Positions 58,093 through 64,000 of a DNA stretch of 64,000 bases are shown here, in pieces. The notes under the pieces are model-generated. The model had not been told where the DNA came from. It made no database searches and saw nothing but the letters and a program-made list of their open reading frames with translations. A program made the position numbers and the translations under genes. The stretch is taken from the NCBI GenBank assembly GCA_965267575.1, contig OZ254086.1:3424001-3488000 (forward strand), read 5' to 3'. Positions within the stretch are counted from its first letter, which is position 1; the number at the start of each line of letters is the position of its first letter. This DNA comes from Calditrichales bacterium (lineage in GTDB: Bacteria; Calditrichota; Calditrichia; Calditrichales; J004).

Positions 58093-59850
58093 CTAAAATG
58101 TGTATAGCAATTTAAGGTAGCCGCTGTTATAGCTGAAATTGTTCTGTCTGGAATCTTTCAGGTAATTAACCGATGCCTGTGCCGCCAATGTGAGCCTCTC
58201 CGCCACGCGGTAATTAAACGATACGAACGGCCCGCGGTTTTGAAGCACACGGCTTTTGCGCTTTTCCGGAATATGGCGCCATTCGTTGCGCTCATAAAAG
58301 GAGAAACCCGCTGTAACGTTGGCGCGCCGGAACAGGCTTTTGCCGATAAACACGTTCAGGTAATACGTGTGCAAAGTCTGGATCAGGTTTTGTGCGAATG
58401 TCTCCTTGAAAAAACTGCCTTTTTCTTCCAACTCCACGCGGCCTTTGAAGCCCGTTTCAAATCCATTGGGCAACTCGTATGACAGAGAATCACCAAGGCT
58501 GAAGCGGCGTACGATAAAGCTGCGTTTGACCGCTGAAATATTGTCGAAATCATAGACGGTGTAATTGGCTATCACCTGCGCTGAAAGCCGGTTGCTGATG
58601 TTGCCGTGCCGGTAGTAAGCCACAGGCGCGATCTTGATGACGCGGTTCCAGTTGTTGTTGGCGCTGCGTTCGCTGGCCAGGTAGATCTGGTGGAACAGGT
58701 ACCCGTACATGCGCCACTCCACATAAAACAGCGGCGAAAACACCTGGCGCAAATTCAGATTAAAAATGAAACGCTGCTCATCGCGATCGTCTTTGTTGTT
58801 CTCATCGGGCGTGTCATGCTGCAGTTTTACATAATCGATATCAGCGCTCAGCAGGTAATCCTCATTAAAAAAGTAGCCAAAGCTAAAACTAAGCGCGCTT
58901 TGCCGCGTGCGGCTATCCGTGCTTAAACCGGTATTATCCAGGGTTTCGTCACTGGTGCGAAATGTTGTATTAAGGTTCAGGCGCTGCCCGATATGCGTAT
59001 AACCGACCCGGTTTTCTATGAAAAAGACATCGCGACTTGTAAAGTATGAGACATTTTTTGATAATATTCTTGTGTCGAGACGCAGGCGGTTTCTGCGCGA
59101 AATGTCATACGCCAACCTGTTTTCAAGCCCGCGGTCATACAAGCGCACTTCCAGCAGGTCGCGGCCCTCGCTGTCATAAGATTGTTTTATCGATTCTTCG
59201 TAGTGCACGCGCAGGGAGTCTGAGGTGAAATCGCTGAACTGTGTGCCCAGGTAAATTGCGGCGCGGTTGTTATAGTTTTGACGTTGATCGTAAAAGTCGT
59301 AATGTGAGGCCGCGCTGATATCGCCGCCGTATTCATCCAGCCGGAAATCCTCCCATTGCCCCTCCATGCCAACATCCCATCCCCAGTCTACTTTGCGGAT
59401 GTTGCGTGCCTGCTGGTAGCCGGCGTAGGGTTCCAGTGTAAGCCCTGCCAACGGGGCAATATGGCTGAAGAATACGGCGCCGTGATTGGCAAAATTGTTT
59501 TTGGGGCCGCTTTGGCGGTTGTTTTGCATCCAACTGGAAACGCGCATGCCGTTGCGCCAGCCGGAGTAGGGCGTGGGCATGGTAAAATCGGCATTAAGAC
59601 GATGCTCGTCTTTCCATTGTTTGCTCTCGGCGCGGGGTAAAATAAGGTTACTGCTGAATTGCTCGCTTACGCTCCAGGTCAGGCCGGCTAAAGTAGTATT
59701 GCGCGCCTCAATAAGACCGGACCAGTTCCACGTTGTATTCTGTTTGAGGAAATCGGTTGAGAAACGCAGGGGATAATCGTTCTGCGGCATGACAATCTGC
59801 CCGGTAAGCGGAAGGTAAATACATAGAATAAAAAGAAATGCCCTCATCAT
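58093..59850 (-). CDS. Hypothetical outer-membrane beta-barrel protein
   Basis: Signal peptide, alternating amphipathic strands, C-terminal GYLKLLYTF. Confidence 0.65.
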   Translation of the reverse strand: MMRAFLFILCIYLPLTGQIVMPQNDYPLRFSTDFLKQNTTWNWSGLIEARNTTLAGLTWSVSEQFSSNLILPRAESKQWKDEHRLNADFTMPTPYSGWRNGMRVSSWMQNNRQSGPKNNFANHGAVFFSHIAPLAGLTLEPYAGYQQARNIRKVDWGWDVGMEGQWEDFRLDEYGGDISAASHYDFYDQRQNYNNRAAIYLGTQFSDFTSDSLRVHYEESIKQSYDSEGRDLLEVRLYDRGLENRLAYDISRRNRLRLDTRILSKNVSYFTSRDVFFIENRVGYTHIGQRLNLNTTFRTSDETLDNTGLSTDSRTRQSALSFSFGYFFNEDYLLSADIDYVKLQHDTPDENNKDDRDEQRFIFNLNLRQVFSPLFYVEWRMYGYLFHQIYLASERSANNNWNRVIKIAPVAYYRHGNISNRLSAQVIANYTVYDFDNISAVKRSFIVRRFSLGDSLSYELPNGFETGFKGRVELEEKGSFFKETFAQNLIQTLHTYYLNVFIGKSLFRRANVTAGFSFYERNEWRHIPEKRKSRVLQNRGPFVSFNYRVAERLTLAAQASVNYLKDSRQNNFSYNSGYLKLLYTF

Positions 59851-60194
59851 TGAGCGCTGCTGTCCACCCGGAAAACCTTTTCGTCAGGCTTTTTCATATT
59901 ATATTTCTCGCGGGCGATTTTTTCAATGTAATCCTTGTCGTTTTTAAGCCGTTCAATCTCTTCCATCAGGGTGGTTTTTTTCTGTTCCAGCGTCTCAATC
60001 TGCTGCTGTAATTCCTCTTTTTCACTATGATGGCGGTATAGGCTGATCGTACCGCGGTTGCTAAGCAGCAGCAGGTAGAGAAAAACAACCGAAACAACCA
60101 GGATGGTTACAAGCCCGCTGCGGCGCCTGATAAACGCCAGTACAGGTACTATTTTTTCTTTAAAGAAGGAGTTTCTTGATTTTTTGGGCGGCAT
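59847..60194 (-). CDS. ftsB: FtsB/DivIC septum formation initiator
   Basis: One TM helix, coiled coil, IEKIAREKYNMKKPDEKVF; follows eno. Confidence 0.88.
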   Translation of the reverse strand: MPPKKSRNSFFKEKIVPVLAFIRRRSGLVTILVVSVVFLYLLLLSNRGTISLYRHHSEKEELQQQIETLEQKKTTLMEEIERLKNDKDYIEKIAREKYNMKKPDEKVFRVDSSAQ

Positions 60195-60208
60195 AAAAAC
60201 AGCCTGAT

Positions 60209-60242
60209 AAAAGAATCCTCCTCCGCAAACAGAGGAGGATTC
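60209..60242 (-). terminator. Intrinsic terminator after eno
   Basis: GAATCCTCCTC/GAGGAGGATTC 11-bp stem with TTTT on the minus strand. Confidence 0.7.
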
Positions 60243-60256
60243 GGATTAAAGATCAG

Positions 60257-61627
<1,371 letters not shown>

Positions 61628-62389
61628 TCAAGAGCGTCTGTGCACGGTTGTTGCGGCAGCCTGTGCCGTGGGGAAAACAACCACATCGGCAATTTGCACA
61701 TGCGGCGGACGTGAGGCAATATAGACAGCCACATCGGCAATATCGTCCCCGATCAGCGGTTCCATGCCCTTGTAAACGTTGGCGGCCTTTTCCTTGTCTC
61801 CTTCAAAACGCACAACGCTGAATTCCGTTTCCACCAGGCCCGGGTCAATACTGGAGACGCGTAACGGCGTATCCACCAGGTCCAGGCGCAGGCCTTTGGT
61901 TAATGCGTCTACGGCATGTTTGCTGGCGCAGTAAACCGCGCCCCCCGGGTAAACCTCGTGTCCGGCAATCGAACCTATGTTTATTATATCACCGGCACCG
62001 CGTTTAACCATGTTCGGCGCCAGCGTGCGGGTAACGTACAGTAGCCCTTTGACGTTGGTATCGATCATCGTGTCGTAAAAATCATAATCCAGTTCGTGCA
62101 CTTTTTTCAGGCCCAAAGCGAGTCCGGCGTTATTGATCAAAATGTCAATATCGTCCAATCCGGATAACTTCTCCATCACTTTGCCACGCTCGCGCACATC
62201 CAGCGTTATGGTGCGTACGTTGATTTCGCCCTGTTTCTGTAAAGAGTTTTTTAATTGCTCCAATCGCTCCGCGCGCCGCGCAATCAGTACAAGATGACAT
62301 CCTTCCGCCGCAAAAGCCCTGGCGCAGGCTTCACCGATACCGGAACTGGCGCCTGTAATACAAACCGTTTTTTCTTTTAACCGATCCAT
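61628..62389 (-). CDS. NADP-dependent short-chain dehydrogenase (YdfG-like)
   Basis: TGASSGIG, NNAGLALG, YCASK, PGLVETEFS; AGGAGG SD before ATG 62389. Confidence 0.88.
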   Translation of the reverse strand: MDRLKEKTVCITGASSGIGEACARAFAAEGCHLVLIARRAERLEQLKNSLQKQGEINVRTITLDVRERGKVMEKLSGLDDIDILINNAGLALGLKKVHELDYDFYDTMIDTNVKGLLYVTRTLAPNMVKRGAGDIINIGSIAGHEVYPGGAVYCASKHAVDALTKGLRLDLVDTPLRVSSIDPGLVETEFSVVRFEGDKEKAANVYKGMEPLIGDDIADVAVYIASRPPHVQIADVVVFPTAQAAATTVHRRS

Positions 62390-62462
62390 GCTATCCTCCT
62401 TTTTGCTGCGATCCTTAAACTGCACATAGTTATTTTGAAGGGCAAGCGTGTTTAAAAGCCGT

Positions 62463-62491
62463 TTTACATTAATGGGCATTTTAGCTAAATT
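62463..62491 (+). promoter_or_regulatory. Sigma70-type promoter of the bshB1 operon
   Basis: TTTACA-N17-TAAATT. Confidence 0.45.
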
Positions 62492-62515
62492 GAAAAATTT
62501 AAAACAGGAAAAATT

Positions 62516-63217
62516 GTGCTGAATGTATTAGCTTTTGGCGCGCATCCGGATGATGTGGAGCTTTTTTGTGCCGGCACCCTGATTAAGATGGCCCGGCAGG
62601 GTCATAAAACCGCCATAGCAGATTTGACGGCGGGAGAGCTGGGAAGCAGGGGAAACGCCGAAACGCGTAAAAAAGAAGCTGAAGAAGCGGCACGTATACT
62701 GGGCCTGAGTTTCCGGGAAAACCTGGGCCTGCGCGACGGTCACGTGGCAGATGATGAAGCAAGCCGCAAGGTCGTTGTGGAAGCCATCAGGCGGCATAAA
62801 CCGCAGATCGTTCTGGCGCCGTTTAATCTGGACCGCCATCCGGACCATGAGGCTGCTTCGCGCCTGGTAACATCCGCGCATTTTTTCAGCGGGGTACATG
62901 GTTATAAAACAGAAAGCCCCGCATACAGGCCGCCGGCGCTGGTTTATTATTTCCATCACCACGTGGAAAAGCCCAGTTTTGTAATAGACATCAGTGATTG
63001 TTTTGAGGCCAAGATGCAATCGATCCGGGCATACAAAAGCCAGTTTCACGATCCGCAATCCAAAGAGCCGCAAACCTATATCAGCCGGCCGGAGTTTTTG
63101 CAGTCGGTTGAAATAAGAGCGCGTCATTTTGGCTTTCAGATCGGAGTTGAATACGCCGAACCGTTTTTTGTAAAATCAGCAATCAAAATTGATAACCTTT
63201 TACATATAGTTGCGTAA
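62516..63217 (+). CDS. bshB1: Bacillithiol biosynthesis deacetylase (PIG-L family)
   Basis: AHPDDVE, DLTAGELGSRG, RHPDH, AYKSQF, YAEPF. Confidence 0.85.
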   Translation: MLNVLAFGAHPDDVELFCAGTLIKMARQGHKTAIADLTAGELGSRGNAETRKKEAEEAARILGLSFRENLGLRDGHVADDEASRKVVVEAIRRHKPQIVLAPFNLDRHPDHEAASRLVTSAHFFSGVHGYKTESPAYRPPALVYYFHHHVEKPSFVIDISDCFEAKMQSIRAYKSQFHDPQSKEPQTYISRPEFLQSVEIRARHFGFQIGVEYAEPFFVKSAIKIDNLLHIVA

Positions 63218-63244
63218 ATCGCCATCCGACAGGTAGAGGAGATC

Positions 63245-63697
63245 ATGAAATTCAAGTTTAGCGCAAACGATTTTAAACAGATAGAAAAAGTACTGGGCAC
63301 CCGTTTTACCAAGCGCGGAAACCAGCACCGGGCCGTTTTGCTGAATGAGCAGGAGGGCCGCAAGATGACAATCGAGATTTATACGAATATCCAGATTGGC
63401 GAAAGCGAAGGAAACCTAATTTCCGTGTTTACGCCCTACAGCCATTCACAGCTGCACTTCTGTACCGGTTTTGTTGCCAGCGACGTGCTGGGCGAAGTAA
63501 CCTTTATCGCCGAGTTCAAAGGACACCTCAGCGGTATTATTGTCGAAAAGCAGGTTGGCTGTTCTGTCTTTACAAATGTGGAAAGAGGATTACTTTCCGG
63601 CGACTTTACTCAGCTTGCACCGGAAGTAATGCTTTCGGGGATCGCGCTTTCCCTGGCCGAGCCCCTGCTGGAGGACAGCGGTAAAGCTGATAAATAG
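63245..63697 (+). CDS. Hypothetical protein
   Basis: GAGGAG SD, 150-aa ORF packed between bshB1 and xerD. Confidence 0.75.
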   Translation: MKFKFSANDFKQIEKVLGTRFTKRGNQHRAVLLNEQEGRKMTIEIYTNIQIGESEGNLISVFTPYSHSQLHFCTGFVASDVLGEVTFIAEFKGHLSGIIVEKQVGCSVFTNVERGLLSGDFTQLAPEVMLSGIALSLAEPLLEDSGKADK

Positions 63698-63699
63698 GC

Positions 63700-64000
63700 A
63701 TGCACTTCTTGCTCAAGCAATACATCAGTCATTTGACTTTTGAGCAAAATCTGTCCCCAAACTCCATTGACGCTTACCGCCGCGATGTCGATCGTTTTAT
63801 CACCTACCTCAAAAAAACCGGCGTGGCCGATCCCATCAAGGCCGCGCCGGAGCACATCCACCGTTTGATCCGCCTGCTCAGCCAGATCGGGCTTTCCGAA
63901 ACCAGCCTGGCACGCAACATCAGCTCCATTCGCGGTTTTTACAGGTTTCTTATTGGTGAAGACCTTCTTCAAAAAGACCCCACAAGTCATATCGAACAGC
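63700..64000 (+). CDS. xerD: Tyrosine recombinase XerD, N-terminal part (truncated by the window edge)
   Basis: Translated by hand from ATG 63700: EQNLSPNSIDAYRRDV...SLARNISSIRGFYRFL...DP; absent from the ORF track because it has no stop in the window. Confidence 0.88.
   Translation, partial: MHFLLKQYISHLTFEQNLSPNSIDAYRRDVDRFITYLKKTGVADPIKAAPEHIHRLIRLLSQIGLSETSLARNISSIRGFYRFLIGEDLLQKDPTSHIEQ

Noticed and set aside
63610..63990. 126-aa minus-strand ORF at the window end
   Set aside because: It is antisense to the real xerD frame starting at 63700
63700..64000. Tyrosine recombinase as a prophage or island integrase
   Set aside because: The N-terminus is of the housekeeping XerD type and lies in an operon with core genes; no att site or phage genes are seen

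Overview
Bacterial chromosomal window, gene-dense, with no rRNA, tRNA, CRISPR array or transposase recognised. Strong Shine-Dalgarno usage together with a PorU-like type IX secretion sortase and bshB1 suggests a non-Bacteroidota FCB-group organism such as Calditrichota (inference). The + strand from 0.1 to 43.5 kb carries: a tandem-USP protein; a RamB/PrpR (ScfR)-type XRE regulator; a 10-kb signalling island (solute-binding lipoprotein, two hybrid kinases, a NarX/NarL-type pair, four stand-alone receivers, a MATE/ANKH-like exporter); arcC-sucCD-ndk; yceD-rpmF-plsX-fabHDG-acpP-fabF-rnc running directly into a Wzx/Wzy polysaccharide locus with an AT-rich variable cassette; then serS-aldolase-plsC-upp. 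The - strand from 43.6 to 62.4 kb carries a partner-switching module (two PP2C phosphatases, RsbV, RsbW) ending at a diguanylate cyclase, adk, rlmN, porU, an outer-membrane protein, ftsB, eno and an SDR, interrupted by moxR on +. The window ends with bshB1, a hypothetical gene and the 5' part of xerD. Best leads: (1) two adjacent glycosylation enzymes (WecA-type and GT2), each fused to a monotopic PGT domain that has lost its catalytic Asp-Glu dyad; (2) the signalling island with a repeated 18-bp palindrome; (3) a small Mor-like gene whose start codon lies in a perfect hairpin, with an upstream ORF; (4) a partner switch with no sigma factor, next to a c-di-GMP enzyme. All functional calls come from motif recognition by eye; no database searches were run.
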